Part shown: piece by piece, positions 62,899-64,000 of the stretch
How positions within the stretch are numbered: the stretch's first letter is position 1
Layout of the letters: every line of letters begins with the position of its first letter
Assembly (NCBI GenBank): GCA_035084275.1
Contig: JAYJKW010000485.1
Coordinates: 1 to 64,000, forward strand
From: Hydrolagus colliei
Lineage: Eukaryota
DNA: 64,000 bases
Direction: 5' to 3'
Notes under the pieces: generated by a model
Told to the model about the DNA's origin: nothing
What the model saw: only the letters and a program-made list of their open reading frames with translations
Database searches by the model: none
Translations under genes and position numbers: made by a program

Positions 62899-64000
62899 CT
62901 GGTTGATTGCAACATAGCAACTGGGTCCTAGTGCTACACGCTATGTTAAACTTGAAAATTTAAACCCGAGGATTTAAATCACGGATGCACAAAACAGTTT
63001 GCGAGGGTTGTCGCATTCAGCAAACCGTGGATGCCTGAGTTTCGTGGTTGGCGGTTGGGGCAGGATACCTGTATATATTTTTTCTTCAAAGGGACTTCTT
63101 ACAAGTCAATTTGACCAAATAAATTTAATATTGTAGGGAATTTCTTAAAAATAAATCCTTTAAATAATTTTTTCTATAACCATGTCAATTAACTGCAAAA
63201 AAAATCACATTCCAGCAAATCTTGCATACGCTGTATTACACAAGATCAAAGTAGCTCTACTCGGCTTCGAGGAACAAATTGTTCCAGCTTTCATTTGTTT
63301 GAAACCACAGTATAAACACTTCAAATCACGACAATCTTTAAAGTCATCTTTGAAATGATATTTTTGACTTGGGAAGATCGAGAATAGAATGTGCATTCAC
63401 CCTTTCAAATTACAATGATCTCTGCAATGCCCTTACCACAGTATTTTTTTGAAAAAATCATTGGAAAGGAGGTTCTGAAAAACATTGTTACTTCTATCCT
63501 AACATTTAGGGGAACAGATGTCACCTTTAAAACACAAATGCAGCACAATTACTTACTTTTTCATTTAAAACAAATTCACAGTAAAATCCTAAAATATTAA
63601 TGAGGCCATCAGAAACTGACAGAAACAAAGAAAAGCACCTTATTAAAGCCTCTGGGAAACTGCGACTGGCAGCTGTTATCATTATAAAATGAAACAGAAT
63701 AAAGAGAAACTAATATCGTACTCCCCAGATGCTGCAATCTCAGGGCTGAGCTAAATATTTAATTCCTCCTCTAATAAGCACATGGCCTATTTGCTGGTTT
63801 ATTTTACACTCTACTGCAGTACAACCAGGAACAGCATGATTAATTCAGTTATAAATCAGACAGCTTGTTACTGTGTGGCAGTTGTTCAGATCAATTCTCC
63901 CTCTTGCACTCCTTATTTCTTTAACTAAACAACACAGTTAGGTTAATGTCAAAATAATCCACTAAACTCTGAAACCAAGGGTACTCCATGCAGTGTGCAC

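Larger units (their letters stand above)
60954..63071. mobile_element. Family B Tigger/pogo-like element, expanded by minisatellites and a solo LTR
   Basis: TIRs caggtattcctccccaac / gttggggcaggatacctg with TA duplication; colinear (inverted) with 28903-29722. Confidence 0.88.

Noticed and set aside
1-64000. CRISPR array, operon or other prokaryotic or viral system
   Set aside because: There is no repeat-spacer array; the tandem repeats lack unique spacers, and all coding signal is explained by two spliced vertebrate genes and transposon remnants.

Overview
Repeat-rich vertebrate genomic DNA, most likely from a cartilaginous fish such as a chimaera; this is inferred from the CR1/L2/DeuSINE-type repeats and is not proven. 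It holds two convergent protein-coding genes. KBTBD2 (+) has its complete 623-aa CDS in three coding exons (7727-7893, 9764-9929, 13833-15371); its promoter and first exon were not seen in the window. AVL9 (-) has 15 coding exons (exons 2-16, 59261 down to 21919) that splice in frame to 615 aa; exon 1 lies beyond the window. Introns are filled with 5'-truncated L2 and CR1 LINEs, tRNA-headed SINEs with L2 tails, several non-autonomous DNA transposons (Tc1/mariner-pogo/Tigger type with TA target-site duplications, one hAT type with an 8-bp duplication), a decayed Tigger transposase and a solo LTR nested in a MITE. I see no prokaryotic-type system (no CRISPR array, no operon) and no novel protein-coding gene. 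The best leads are a near-perfect 122-nt intronic hairpin at the centre of an old palindromic repeat family, a frame-preserving candidate GC-AG cassette exon in AVL9, a uORF-packed KBTBD2 leader, a LIR-like motif in AVL9, covarying L2/SINE 3' stem-loops and a templated-insertion scar. Gene names and exon numbers come from recalled human protein sequences; repeat boundaries without terminal repeats are approximate.
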